Source: a virus
Lineage: Duplodnaviria > Caudoviricetes
Direction: 5' to 3' (one strand)
Virus record (IMG/VR): IMGVR_UViG_3300032323_001407
Coordinates: 1,533 to 65,532 of that record
DNA length: 64,000 nt
Translations under genes and position numbers: made by a program
In this document: positions 47,337 to 57,425 of the stretch, piece after piece
How the letters are laid out: each line of letters opens with the position of its first letter
Position numbering within the stretch: position 1 is the first letter of the stretch
The notes under the pieces: model-generated
Databases searched by the model: none
Told to the model about the DNA's origin: nothing
The model's input: only the letters and a program-made list of their open reading frames with translations

Positions 47337-47365
47337 ATTTTACTCTACTACCTTATAAAAGGCAA
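47337..47365 (-). promoter_or_regulatory. Promoter for the major tail gene
   Basis: TTGCCT-17 nt-TAAAAT. Confidence 0.55.
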
Positions 47366-47366
47366 A

Positions 47367-47876
47367 CTAGGCAAATCTGCCTTTGCCATCTAGTATTCTT
47401 GAGTACTTTATCTCTAATACTACATCTGCTGAATAGAATCCTTGGATTTCTTCTGATGGGGCTGTAGATGATATATCTGCTACTTGAATACTATGGAACT
47501 TGAATTTATCTGATAATCCCGCCCATTTATTAACATCTCTGGCAGACTCATCCATTCTTCTAAATTCATCAGTTAGGAAGTTTCTTATTTCAACAATATC
47601 CAGGATCTCTGGTGAATATAGGGTTAATAGGATTTGCTCGCAACATATCATCCAGTTATTCTCATAGGACATGCCTACTTTATCATAGACTATATGCTTC
47701 TTGCCGCTCAAGAATTGATTCATTTCTGGCTGTTGCTGAACTGGGACTATTGGCACAAGTGCCTCTCCTAGGTTATCTGAATAGTAATCATTCTCATCAA
47801 ATATGCCCAGCCATGTAAGTCTGTTCCATAAGAACTTTCTTATTTCAAACATTGAATCTAATTTATAATTAGCCAT
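47367..47876 (-). CDS. Tail completion/terminator-like protein
   Basis: Position immediately upstream of the major tail gene. Confidence 0.55.
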   Translation of the reverse strand: MANYKLDSMFEIRKFLWNRLTWLGIFDENDYYSDNLGEALVPIVPVQQQPEMNQFLSGKKHIVYDKVGMSYENNWMICCEQILLTLYSPEILDIVEIRNFLTDEFRRMDESARDVNKWAGLSDKFKFHSIQVADISSTAPSEEIQGFYSADVVLEIKYSRILDGKGRFA

Positions 47877-48660
47877 TTACGAACCTCGCAAATGCTGCTG
47901 ATGTGGCAGCCTCTGCTTCATTTGCCAGCTGATTTGGCGAGAAGCTATATTTAACTGTTTTAACTTGTGCTGGAACTCCTAATGCTCTAGACAATGATGA
48001 ATTAAATAGTCTTTGGAATCCCGATTTTTTTATTGACATGTTAACTAGATTGCCAGTAAAGAAGTATCTATATTGTGCAAAGAATGCATTTTTAGTTGCC
48101 GCTCCGCCTGGCTTTCTAACAGTAACTGATTGCCCCTTTGGCATAAATATAGTATATCCATCTATATCAAACACAAGTCTTTCTGAAAATCTTGGAGCAA
48201 TAACTACAGTCTTTCCCTGCTCCATGATTTCAGCCTTTTTTACAAAGACATGTTTATTCTTAGAATTTTCAGAAGGTACGAAAGATTTGGAATCGGTCAA
48301 TTCATAATTAAGTTTTAATGATAAGCCATCTGCTGGAAGTTGTTTTAATTTAAACAATCTTGCCTCGTCTTGACCTACCCTATCCCACTCATAAACGTGG
48401 TGAAAAGATTTTGGAGAAGTTCTTGATTTTGCATCAATATAATCGCCAAAGTCAACTTGCAATTGATCAAATATTACATTTCTAAATGCTGATTGAAATT
48501 GAGCATTTGATGCTAGCTTTGCCATTACATTTGTTTTATAGAATAGTGCTGCAGATATCTGTGCTACTGTGCTGTCTCTTAGAGCACCGCTCACGGGCTT
48601 ATTGGCCATAAGGTTTACTAATCCGCTTGCTGCTTTAATAGCTAAAATTTCAGATGCCAA
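47869..48660 (-). CDS. Neck-region virion protein
   Basis: HHVYEW motif; position in the head-tail connector block; probable TTG start. Confidence 0.55.
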   Translation of the reverse strand: MASEILAIKAASGLVNLMANKPVSGALRDSTVAQISAALFYKTNVMAKLASNAQFQSAFRNVIFDQLQVDFGDYIDAKSRTSPKSFHHVYEWDRVGQDEARLFKLKQLPADGLSLKLNYELTDSKSFVPSENSKNKHVFVKKAEIMEQGKTVVIAPRFSERLVFDIDGYTIFMPKGQSVTVRKPGGAATKNAFFAQYRYFFTGNLVNMSIKKSGFQRLFNSSLSRALGVPAQVKTVKYSFSPNQLANEAEAATSAAFARFVNG

Positions 48661-49075
48661 TTTGCTGGTTCTCCGCTCTCTGCAATGATGCGTTATATCC
48701 AACAACATTTCCAAAAGGATCTGATATAGGAGTTGTTCCTATTACATCAAACACTGTTGGTGTGTCGCTTGGATAATTTAGCTCGTACCATATAGGCTTA
48801 CCGCTAGCATCTCTAATATTTTTTATCTTGTCTCTAGGGGTTAGCCGCTCTGCAGTTCTAGTTTCTACATATTGATTGTTTGAGTACCTATTTGAAAAAT
48901 TTTGATTGTCGTTTGTTCTATTTCGGCTTTCTGTAATAATTCCTCTAGCATAGCAGTCTAATGTTTTTATGTATGAGAACTCTCTAATAATTGCACCAGT
49001 ATCTTTATCCTGCTGCTCTTGTTGTCTGTATACATCCATTTTCATGGTCATTAAACCATCTACTGCTTCAAACAT
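48650..49075 (-). CDS. Head-closure-like protein
   Basis: Size and synteny within the connector block. Confidence 0.55.
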   Translation of the reverse strand: MFEAVDGLMTMKMDVYRQQEQQDKDTGAIIREFSYIKTLDCYARGIITESRNRTNDNQNFSNRYSNNQYVETRTAERLTPRDKIKNIRDASGKPIWYELNYPSDTPTVFDVIGTTPISDPFGNVVGYNASLQRAENQQIGI

Positions 49076-50058
49076 TACAATAAAACCATTTGAGTTATGA
49101 CGTAGTCTGCAAGAAGCTTGTCTGCGTAAGATGATCCTGTTCCGCTAAATGCTTCAGATGAATATTCAAAATCCCAGTCTGTAGTAGATATCTTTTTAAT
49201 ATATCTTTCTCTCCAGATTCTATCTTTAGCAAAGTACATCTTCATTAGCTCTACTGTTGCGTCTCGGACCTCATTTGGAACGTAGTCCCAACCAAATCTA
49301 GCATAAACCTTATAAGATTGAGTTCTTCTAAATATATTTGGAGATGAATCATTTATTGATGGAGGAACCATTCCGTTTGCAATATATACATCATTATCAA
49401 GTATTGCAGACTGATTTACTCTTATTCCAAAACCGCTCAACGTGTTTTCTATTACCATGCCTAATGCATTTACATTATTGATTCTATCTATTAATAGCTG
49501 ATCATTTGCATGCAACGTGTGTAACTGGTTTATCTTAATTGGAAAAGAAAGAGTGTCTGAATCGTTTCCTATTGTGTAAAAGTTTGAATCATATAAGTAA
49601 AACTTTTGACCAGTATGTCCTTCAATTATATTTCTAGCATATCTTTCTGCCAGCTTTAGTTCTTGATAAGTTTTGTGATTAGGATCATTTGCATCTGACC
49701 CAAAACCTAGCTCCTGTGCAGCTTCCTGTATGTCTACATACGGGGTTACAACATCAAGGTACGTGGTATTTGAGTACGAAGCTGAGTTATATTGCCAGTC
49801 CCAAACTAATCTAAACTTTCTATTTCTTGTTGTATACTGAGTTGGAAGGTAAACACTAAAAGAGCCCTGATCAACTTCGCTTGCTTCCGCTATAAGGGTT
49901 GCAAGAATTGTTGATGGGCTAATTAGTGGAGAGATAACGGGATCTCCAGTTATGTCGTAAACTTTTACAGTAACTGTAGAGCTAGGCGTAATTGCTTCAC
50001 CTTTTACGTAAAGCTTTGTTGTTGCCGCCGTGCTTGTGTTCTGGTATATCTCTGCCAT
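49075..50058 (-). CDS. Head-to-tail adaptor-like protein
   Basis: ARNIIEGHTGQKF...FGWDYVPNEVRDAT, an adaptor-like pattern. Confidence 0.65.
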   Translation of the reverse strand: MAEIYQNTSTAATTKLYVKGEAITPSSTVTVKVYDITGDPVISPLISPSTILATLIAEASEVDQGSFSVYLPTQYTTRNRKFRLVWDWQYNSASYSNTTYLDVVTPYVDIQEAAQELGFGSDANDPNHKTYQELKLAERYARNIIEGHTGQKFYLYDSNFYTIGNDSDTLSFPIKINQLHTLHANDQLLIDRINNVNALGMVIENTLSGFGIRVNQSAILDNDVYIANGMVPPSINDSSPNIFRRTQSYKVYARFGWDYVPNEVRDATVELMKMYFAKDRIWRERYIKKISTTDWDFEYSSEAFSGTGSSYADKLLADYVITQMVLL

Positions 50059-50067
50059 GTGTTAGGC

Positions 50068-50466
50068 TTAGTTGTAGTACTCCTGTACTTCTCTAGGTGT
50101 AGCCAATCTAAACCCTTCCTCCTTATCAAAAATTTCTTGAGCCACATCTGGCTTCATTGCTACGAATGGGTGCTCTAAGGTAAATGTAAAACCAAGTGCA
50201 TCATATCTGTAGTTTGGTCGATCCATCTTTACAAGAACCATATCTTCATCAAGTTTTTGATTTGGATCTAGTCTAGGAAGAATTTCATCTGCGTCTTCTT
50301 TTGCGTTCTCTATGTTTTTAAGTGTACCTTGGTAAACTGACCAAGTTACTCCTTCTTCTGCTAGGGCTGCAATAACATCTGCTTTATTTTTTAGGCCATC
50401 AACATCAACTGCGAAGTCCGCTGCTAATGTCTTTAGTTCTTTGACCTTAAGTGTGTCAAATGACAT
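50068..50466 (-). CDS. Hypothetical protein with N-terminal Rho_N/HeH-like motif
   Basis: LKVKELKTLA...LKNKADVI; AGGAG RBS and TGCTATAAT -10. Confidence 0.6.
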   Translation of the reverse strand: MSFDTLKVKELKTLAADFAVDVDGLKNKADVIAALAEEGVTWSVYQGTLKNIENAKEDADEILPRLDPNQKLDEDMVLVKMDRPNYRYDALGFTFTLEHPFVAMKPDVAQEIFDKEEGFRLATPREVQEYYN

Positions 50467-50517
50467 ATATATACTCCTTTGGTATGTATATAAATTATAG
50501 CACTATAAAATTAAAAT

Positions 50518-50549
50518 GAAAAGCCCCCAAAATTAATTGGGGGCCTTTC
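50518..50549 (-). terminator. Rho-independent terminator after the major capsid gene
   Basis: GCCCCCAA / TTGGGGGC hairpin followed by a T-run on the minus strand. Confidence 0.75.
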
Positions 50550-50569
50550 GGTAGTTATTTCTTATTTAA

Positions 50570-51625
50570 TTAAGAAGCAACCTTAACGTCTTTTACGACT
50601 ACCCATGCATCTGCCTGCTCAATTTGGGTACCAACACGAGTATACATTGTATATTCGATTGAGTCCTTCTTTGGCCAGAAGAAGCGGTAAACAGTTACAT
50701 CGCGCTTGATACCAATAACAACGTTATTTGGGAATGTCAAGTGGACGTCTCCGTGCTCTCCTGTTGGTGTTGCATATGAACCTGTCTGTGTTTCCTTAAG
50801 TAGTGGAACTTCAACAATTGGAATACCAAATGCGAATGGTGCTACGTATCCTGCTGGACCACCAAGTCCGCCTTCGTTTCCACGGATAATGCTTGAAGCA
50901 ATATCTTGTGGGTTAGAAGAACCGTATTGACCCAACTGTGAAGTTGAGTACAAGTAGTCTTGAATTAGGTTTGAGCCTGCAAGGAAGCGTAGGTCTGGAC
51001 GACGCTGCTTGTACTTACGTGGCATAGCCTTTAGTGCCTTGTTGAAGATGTCACGAGATACTCCTGCACCCGCTCCAGCTACTACACGACCATTTGTCTT
51101 TGCAATCTTGACAATACCATCAAATGCCTTGTATAGGTTATCTGAAGATAGAGCTGTGTTACCGTTAAGGACTACGTCCTCTAGGTCATTACCAGCCTGT
51201 GTTGCCATCAGTCTTGCAATGTGATCTTCTAGATCTGCACCTTCAATGTTGTCTTCTAGAGACTCAGTTGAAAGTTCCCAATCTAGGCGAAGCTTCTTTG
51301 TTGTGAGAGAAATCTTTGAGAACTGTACTGCTGCGTTTGAGCCAGTGTTCTCTGCTTCAGATGCAAGCTTCATAAGCTTTTCTCCGACGCCGATACGATC
51401 AATCTCTGTAGTGTCAGCTCTCATTCGAACTGTACGTGCTACTTTACCGATTACTGTTGCATCGAACATGTAATCGAGGAATCTTGCGGATTGCTCAGGA
51501 TTGAGCAAGCCTCCCTTACCCTCGGAACCTACGTGAATTCCGTCGGTAGGGTTTGCTGCGCCAGTCATTCCACCTGTTAGTGTTGTGCCTGCTTCAGCTG
51601 CTTTTGCTAATAGTTCATTACTCAT
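50570..51625 (-). CDS. Major capsid protein
   Basis: GGLLNPEQSARF...LEDNIEG...GNDLEDVVLNG; follows the protease and precedes a terminator. Confidence 0.88.
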   Translation of the reverse strand: MSNELLAKAAEAGTTLTGGMTGAANPTDGIHVGSEGKGGLLNPEQSARFLDYMFDATVIGKVARTVRMRADTTEIDRIGVGEKLMKLASEAENTGSNAAVQFSKISLTTKKLRLDWELSTESLEDNIEGADLEDHIARLMATQAGNDLEDVVLNGNTALSSDNLYKAFDGIVKIAKTNGRVVAGAGAGVSRDIFNKALKAMPRKYKQRRPDLRFLAGSNLIQDYLYSTSQLGQYGSSNPQDIASSIIRGNEGGLGGPAGYVAPFAFGIPIVEVPLLKETQTGSYATPTGEHGDVHLTFPNNVVIGIKRDVTVYRFFWPKKDSIEYTMYTRVGTQIEQADAWVVVKDVKVAS

Positions 51626-51643
51626 TAGTTTTTCACCATACCC

Positions 51644-52960
51644 TTATTTTGTTAATTCGCTAACGGAACCGAGGAAAGTGCCGTTCCATTTTGATTTTTT
51701 GATTGTTACTCCAGCTGACCCGCCAAGGTCAGAGGACTTCTTGATTGCAGTGTCTGATTCTACTGCGTCTACTCTTTTTTCAACTGTGTCCATAATGGAC
51801 TTAATTGAATCAACTGCTGTTGAGAGTTCTGTGTGCTTTTCTGCTAATTCTGAAATTCTCAAATCGACATTCTTGCTAAAAGCTTCGACTGTCTCCTTGA
51901 TTGTTGAAACCTGAGCAGCGTTTGCCTCAGAGGCCTTTTCCAAAGTCTCTGAGAAGAAACCCTTAAGGTCGCCTAGCATTTTAACAAAATCAGGTGATTC
52001 CTGAACTGTTAGTTCTGCTGATTTTTCCAGAACTTCGGCAGAAGTTTCTTCAGCTACAACTTCAGCAGACTCTTGTTCTACTGGGGCAACTTCTTCAATA
52101 ATTTCTGCAGGTGCTTCTGGAGCTACTGCTTCTTCTACTACTGGAGTTGCTTCTGTTACATTAAGCTTTTCCACTTCATTTCCTCCTTCTGCAATTGCCA
52201 TATTTATATTTGTGTTGTCAGGCAATGTTTGCAATCTTGATCTACGTGAATCAAGAATCTTCTCTATTTCTTTTCCTTTGTTTACGTCGTTTGATTCTAC
52301 CCATCCAATGAGTTCTGTTTTTTTACCAGTAACTGGAGATATGTATTCTGATTCTGTTGACATAAATACAGAATCGCTTTCTGCACAATAAAAAATATTT
52401 TCCATTTTAACATCTGCTGCGATGCCTTTAAAAATCATTTGTCCATTTACTTTTTCGATAGATAAAATGTTACATAGTTCATTTGCTGGTGAATCAACGA
52501 TTGATAGTTCAACTAGTGCATAGTCTTTGATAAATCTTACTGATGCTCCTGTTGATTTGTTTACTTCGTTATCTGATTCAATAATCTTTCCGCCGATGGA
52601 AAATCCTGTTAGTGTTCCGTCTAGAACCTTTTCCCAAGTATCCTGAGCGCCCTTAGAAATGTATGCATCAACGTAAACTCCGTTGTAAAATTCTTTTGTT
52701 GCAGGGTCATAAAAAGTTTCTGGTCTAAATGATGCCACCTTGCCAACTGCAAGTGGCTGATGCATTTCTCTTAGGTTTCCTCTAAAGCTTTCAAACGCTT
52801 TCATGCTGGCTTCTTGAGTAACGACATCACCAGTCTGATCCAGGTTATCTAATGTTGCGAATCCTGAGACTGTTCTTTTTTCTCTATTGACCTTCGTAAA
52901 TGGAACTGATAAATTAATAGCATTTCCATTAGAAGACCAATGTGACTTTTCTATGATCAT
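51644..52960 (-). CDS. Prohead protease with scaffold-like C-terminus
   Basis: LREMH, GFSIGG, ELSIVDSPAN (HK97-type protease); acidic linker and coiled coil. Confidence 0.88.
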   Translation of the reverse strand: MIIEKSHWSSNGNAINLSVPFTKVNREKRTVSGFATLDNLDQTGDVVTQEASMKAFESFRGNLREMHQPLAVGKVASFRPETFYDPATKEFYNGVYVDAYISKGAQDTWEKVLDGTLTGFSIGGKIIESDNEVNKSTGASVRFIKDYALVELSIVDSPANELCNILSIEKVNGQMIFKGIAADVKMENIFYCAESDSVFMSTESEYISPVTGKKTELIGWVESNDVNKGKEIEKILDSRRSRLQTLPDNTNINMAIAEGGNEVEKLNVTEATPVVEEAVAPEAPAEIIEEVAPVEQESAEVVAEETSAEVLEKSAELTVQESPDFVKMLGDLKGFFSETLEKASEANAAQVSTIKETVEAFSKNVDLRISELAEKHTELSTAVDSIKSIMDTVEKRVDAVESDTAIKKSSDLGGSAGVTIKKSKWNGTFLGSVSELTK

Positions 52961-52969
52961 ATGTTATAT

Positions 52970-52998
52970 ATTATAGAGATTGTTGTATCAAAAGGCAA
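52970..52998 (-). promoter_or_regulatory. Promoter for the protease-capsid genes
   Basis: TTGCCT-17 nt-TATAAT. Confidence 0.6.
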
Positions 52999-53016
52999 AT
53001 AACTAGTTGAGTAGGA

Positions 53017-54597
53017 CTAGTTGACTTGTCTTCCATCTCCCTTTGCATTTCTACCCTCCCCAGATTTATCTGGAGAATTTGCAGATCTTTCTTGGTCACG
53101 TGCTCTGCTTTGGTTGGCCTGAGCCTTAATTTCGGCGGCTTGGGCTGCAAGATCTACTGGGACATCCCCACCATCTCTTGGAACCATTCCCATTCTAACT
53201 CTAATTTCATTTGGAGTTATTACCTGGAATCTAAGGTATCTTTCATCAATCTTTGACTGGGTATCTGCATCTGTAAGACTTAATTCATTAAATTTAAGTT
53301 CTAAAGCATCGGTCATTTCTTGAATAATCTTATTTAATTTCTTTTCTAGATTTTCTTGGGCTGGTCTGCAAACTTGCTCTTTAAATGTTTTATCTGCATC
53401 TCTGGCTGCGGCAAGGTTGATTCCTGCTGGTGTGCCAATTTTATTAATTGGGACTCTATGAGCCATTAATATTTCATCTCTATTGGATTGGCGATATATA
53501 TTAAATGAAGACTCTTGAGATCCCGCCTCAATTGGCTCCATCTTAAATTCAGTCTTTGAGTCTGGAGAATCTGGAGGAAGTGGAATGTATAGCGACCTGT
53601 GGTTCTTTCCTCTTAATCCTACTTGGAAAAACTCAAGCAACTTTCTTTCTGATTCTGTAGAAAGCTTTGCGCCCTTTACCGTAATAATGTATCTTGGAAC
53701 AGCCTTATTTTCAAAGTAGTCAAGGTTATACTTACCAGCAAATTCATTTCCAGCCATAGCATTTTGTGCAGCAATAATGTCTGGGATTCCGTAATAATTA
53801 TTCTTTGGGGTATACTTCTTTAAATGAATAATTTCGTTAGGTCTGTCTTCTTGACCAGCGATTGGATTTACTGTTTCCGTGTCTCCAAAATTTCTAAAGA
53901 AAACAGCCTTGCCATAAAGAAGCTGTATAAAACCGTCTCTAAGGCGTCTTACACGCATTGTCTTTGAAGGGATGTGCCCGATGTACCCTATCTTGCCAGT
54001 CGTTGTTCTACCGACCTCCAGATAGCCATTACCAGTAGCCTCTATGTCGGTGTAGAACTTTATAAGAGTTTCTTTAAATGTTTCATCTTCGTTGCAATCT
54101 TCTAGCCAACGGTGAAGGTCTTGCTTAATTCTATTCAGCTTCTTACGTGCTCTTTCTAGCTGTTTCTCATCTTCTATATCTTCAAGTGTGTCTGTAGTTT
54201 TTTTGGATTCAATAAAATCAAATCCTAGGCCTACTATGTTAGCAACCTTTGCATTTATTGCTGCGTAATTGTAAGGCGAAATTTCATAAATTGTTGAAAG
54301 ATAATCTAAATTGTATTCTGGTTGAATTAGATCAAATGTAGCGTAACCGCTGACTGCCTGTTGGTGTTGAAGCTGCTGGCTTACAGAACCATCTTTACCA
54401 GTAAATGCTTTTTGTAGATCTCTAGATACTTTTCTTCTAAATGAGGCACCAAGTCCTGAAAGCTTTAATATTTCTTCAGCATCTATATCAAACAGGTCAT
54501 CAGATTTTTGTGTTGTAGGATTGTTAAATCTCATCCAGTCTGCAACATTAGATATCTCTATATTGTCTTGAACTGTATCTTCGTCATATTCAATCAT
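53017..54597 (-). CDS. Portal protein
   Basis: GNGYLEV, EIIHLK, YYGIPD, YFENKAVP, ITPNEIR. Confidence 0.9.
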   Translation of the reverse strand: MIEYDEDTVQDNIEISNVADWMRFNNPTTQKSDDLFDIDAEEILKLSGLGASFRRKVSRDLQKAFTGKDGSVSQQLQHQQAVSGYATFDLIQPEYNLDYLSTIYEISPYNYAAINAKVANIVGLGFDFIESKKTTDTLEDIEDEKQLERARKKLNRIKQDLHRWLEDCNEDETFKETLIKFYTDIEATGNGYLEVGRTTTGKIGYIGHIPSKTMRVRRLRDGFIQLLYGKAVFFRNFGDTETVNPIAGQEDRPNEIIHLKKYTPKNNYYGIPDIIAAQNAMAGNEFAGKYNLDYFENKAVPRYIITVKGAKLSTESERKLLEFFQVGLRGKNHRSLYIPLPPDSPDSKTEFKMEPIEAGSQESSFNIYRQSNRDEILMAHRVPINKIGTPAGINLAAARDADKTFKEQVCRPAQENLEKKLNKIIQEMTDALELKFNELSLTDADTQSKIDERYLRFQVITPNEIRVRMGMVPRDGGDVPVDLAAQAAEIKAQANQSRARDQERSANSPDKSGEGRNAKGDGRQVN

Positions 54598-54938
54598 TTT
54601 TTACCACCATTTAGTCTAGCCATTTCTTCTTTGTGAACACCGATGTCTAGTGGATCTGGAGTTAGACCCCATCTTAATCTTTGCTTTTGATACTCAAACT
54701 CTTCTTCATCAATTTGTCGGCTTCCCTCAATAAACTTAGGCTGACCAACATCAATTCCATAGTGTGCTACGGCTGCTGCAAGCAAAGCAATTCTTTCCTT
54801 GTTTCCAATCATGGACTGTATAGATAAAAAGTTATTGTCTTCGTCGCCAACCCATCTTCCGTCAGGCATCTCCCACACGTAGACTCCTAGCCTGGTTTCA
54901 CCAGACTTCATTTGGGCATTAATTCTTTTTATATCCAT
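54594..54938 (-). CDS. Hypothetical protein
   Basis: 114-aa ORF coupled to the portal. Confidence 0.7.
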   Translation of the reverse strand: MDIKRINAQMKSGETRLGVYVWEMPDGRWVGDEDNNFLSIQSMIGNKERIALLAAAVAHYGIDVGQPKFIEGSRQIDEEEFEYQKQRLRWGLTPDPLDIGVHKEEMARLNGGKK

Positions 54939-55000
54939 AGTTAATTATTTTACCATCTTTGTGTGCTTAAGTCCAGCTTTTGTCACTCAATATGACAAAA

Positions 55001-56764
55001 TTATATAATTTGCAACACAACTCTGTCTCTAGAGTATGTAGATACCGACTCTTCTGTCACTTCCATTGACGAACCTTGCCCAACAGCTGCAGATTTGCCT
55101 ATATACAGGTCATAATGATCTTGGTGGCTAATATCTGGATTTGAGTATAGGGCAATATTCTGATACATATTGTCATCAAGAACATTGGATCTTACTCCTA
55201 AAAGCTGCTTGCCATTAAACCAAATTTGACCAGATATTATGCTAGAGGTTTTTATTAATATATAATTTGGCTCACCTATATATAAGTAGGATGATATGTT
55301 GGTTGCTGATGACACATCCTGACCATTTATATATATGTTGCTAATATTAGATTTTGATATCCCTCCGCCTGCCGCCCAGGAAAGAGATGTCTCTACTGCG
55401 CCAGTCTTATTAAATATTAGGTTTCCGCTAGAAAGCGTTTTTGGAGTAAATATCATCTCAATATTCCGAACATCATTTACTGAGTCTATAAAGAATGCTG
55501 AAGATTTTGGTCTTATTCCGTTATGGTAGTTTCTACTTCTAACTGGGTAGCTGTTGTTAGAAACATCAAAATCCCAAGTTGATCCAGAGGTTGGCTGAGA
55601 TACTGAAAGCGTACTTCCTCCATTATGTGCAAACATTTTCTTTTCAGAATGAAAATAAATCTTTAAGGAGTATAGTTCTGGAATGTAAAGATCTGGATTT
55701 GATGAATCAAAGACTACTCTAAAGTAAAGTATCTTTTGTGAAGAAAAGCTAGAACCTTGTGTAAATTCTGGAATAGAAGATCCGTTTGAACATATTCTCC
55801 ACGGGCCAAGTGATGATGTTTCTGAGACATATACTGAAACCCCTTTAGATGACACCCATTCTATTTTTGAAGATACGTATTGCTTTGTAATATTTAAAAC
55901 CAGATCTTCTACAAACTCTCCATTGGAGAATCCTGAATTTAAACGTATGCTATTATTGCTTGGGTTGTATGACAAAGCCTCATTATCATAAATCAAAGTC
56001 TCCCAGGATTCCTGAACTGGATAAACATATTTCGTCTCTATATCTTGATATTTTTCTGCAGCCCTAAAAAGTTCTCCCAAATCTGGAACAGATACCTGCT
56101 CGTCATTGTTTAAAAACAAATTGCTGTAATGTGATGATATTGCTCTTTGTGACAACGAGTATCTGTACACGGCTGGACAATCTATCAAGAAGTGTTCTGT
56201 ATTGGAGGCTGGTCCAGAATAAAGAGTCACACTAGTATTTGTAAACTTAAAGTCTATTGCTTTAGAAGCAACTAGAGCCCCATCTACATACAGCAACATT
56301 GAATTAACTGAGTAAACTCCAACGGCATGTATCACTCTATCTGAGTTTGGAACTGAATAATCAACTCTTTCATTTTCTAACTTAAATACCACATTGCCTT
56401 TGTCCCAATACAAGCCTATACCGCTTGAGTCTGCAAGTATCGGGGTTAGGGATGTTAAAGTTTTTGGGTGAAACCATACCTCTAAAGAAAAATCATTATC
56501 ATATGTATCGATGGTTGCAAAACCACCAGTACCAGTTGTGCCAGAAAAATCTTTTGATAAAGTAAATTGTAAATAGTTGTTGCTATCTACTTTGCTTGAG
56601 TGTGAGCCACCAGAAACAATTGGCATTCCAGATTTAACAATTTGTCCAACATAAGACCCATTATTACCACAGCCAGATATATCATAAGCTACTGAGCCAG
56701 ATAGCTCATCTAGTTTCCACATTCCAATTGGAAAATCTTTTATAGCTGATAAATAGTACGACAT
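55001..56764 (-). CDS. LamG/concanavalin A-like domain virion protein
   Basis: WKLDE...DISGCGNNG...FSLEVWF...LYVDG...PAVYRYSLS. Confidence 0.78.
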   Translation of the reverse strand: MSYYLSAIKDFPIGMWKLDELSGSVAYDISGCGNNGSYVGQIVKSGMPIVSGGSHSSKVDSNNYLQFTLSKDFSGTTGTGGFATIDTYDNDFSLEVWFHPKTLTSLTPILADSSGIGLYWDKGNVVFKLENERVDYSVPNSDRVIHAVGVYSVNSMLLYVDGALVASKAIDFKFTNTSVTLYSGPASNTEHFLIDCPAVYRYSLSQRAISSHYSNLFLNNDEQVSVPDLGELFRAAEKYQDIETKYVYPVQESWETLIYDNEALSYNPSNNSIRLNSGFSNGEFVEDLVLNITKQYVSSKIEWVSSKGVSVYVSETSSLGPWRICSNGSSIPEFTQGSSFSSQKILYFRVVFDSSNPDLYIPELYSLKIYFHSEKKMFAHNGGSTLSVSQPTSGSTWDFDVSNNSYPVRSRNYHNGIRPKSSAFFIDSVNDVRNIEMIFTPKTLSSGNLIFNKTGAVETSLSWAAGGGISKSNISNIYINGQDVSSATNISSYLYIGEPNYILIKTSSIISGQIWFNGKQLLGVRSNVLDDNMYQNIALYSNPDISHQDHYDLYIGKSAAVGQGSSMEVTEESVSTYSRDRVVLQII

Positions 56765-56931
56765 TATTTTTTAAACCAGATTCTTTGAAAAAACTTAATT
56801 ACAGATCTCAAGTCTTCTTTATTTTTTTTATCTACTTTCTCCTGCTTTTCCAAAAACCCATGACTTTGAAAGTATGGGTTAAATTGAAGATCTGTAAAAT
56901 GTCTTCTGGGGATTCTTTTATAAGGAGTCAT
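56764..56931 (-). CDS. 55-aa hypothetical protein
   Basis: Hand translation MTPYKRIPRRHF...FFQRIWFKK; stop overlaps the next start. Confidence 0.55.
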   Translation of the reverse strand: MTPYKRIPRRHFTDLQFNPYFQSHGFLEKQEKVDKKNKEDLRSVIKFFQRIWFKK

Positions 56932-56960
56932 ATTTAATATTATACTACATAATCATAAAA

Positions 56961-57425
56961 TTAGCAGTCTAGCTTTTTTTTAATACCCAAATTTAAGAGG
57001 AATCTTTCTGGGTCAAATCTCCAGTTATCTTTGGCAAATGAGGTCATTATTTCCATGCAGGTATTTTCGTATGCCTGATCTGAAATTAAAGGCTTTAGAC
57101 CCAATAACGTTTCTGTGACATCTATATAGTTTGTTCTAAGAAATGTTGGATCCCCCGCCTGATTTCTCTTAAACACCTTTTCATTTACTTTTCCTGTAGG
57201 CTCATATAATCTTACTGTAAGGTATTGTTTTGCAAAGCCCCAGTCATTGTACATGTTATATGCTTCTGCTGCCTCAATCGCATTTGGGAAAAATATAATT
57301 GATCTCGCTGGCTCTTCCCCATCCCTTGCAATTGTAAGCATGTAAGCGTCGCTTCTTTTTTCATTAACTGAATTAACATACTCTTTAACTACATCATGAT
57401 GCTCTTGCTTTAGTTGCCCACTCAT
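56961..57425 (-). CDS. Hypothetical protein
   Basis: ORF coupled to the methyltransferase stop; DNWRFDPERF motif. Confidence 0.65.
   Translation of the reverse strand: MSGQLKQEHHDVVKEYVNSVNEKRSDAYMLTIARDGEEPARSIIFFPNAIEAAEAYNMYNDWGFAKQYLTVRLYEPTGKVNEKVFKRNQAGDPTFLRTNYIDVTETLLGLKPLISDQAYENTCMEIMTSFAKDNWRFDPERFLLNLGIKKKLDC

Noticed and set aside
54978-55000. TTTTGTCA-N7-TGACAAAA inverted repeat after the LamG gene
   Set aside because: AT-rich, weak and seen only once; cannot be distinguished from chance or a weak terminator.
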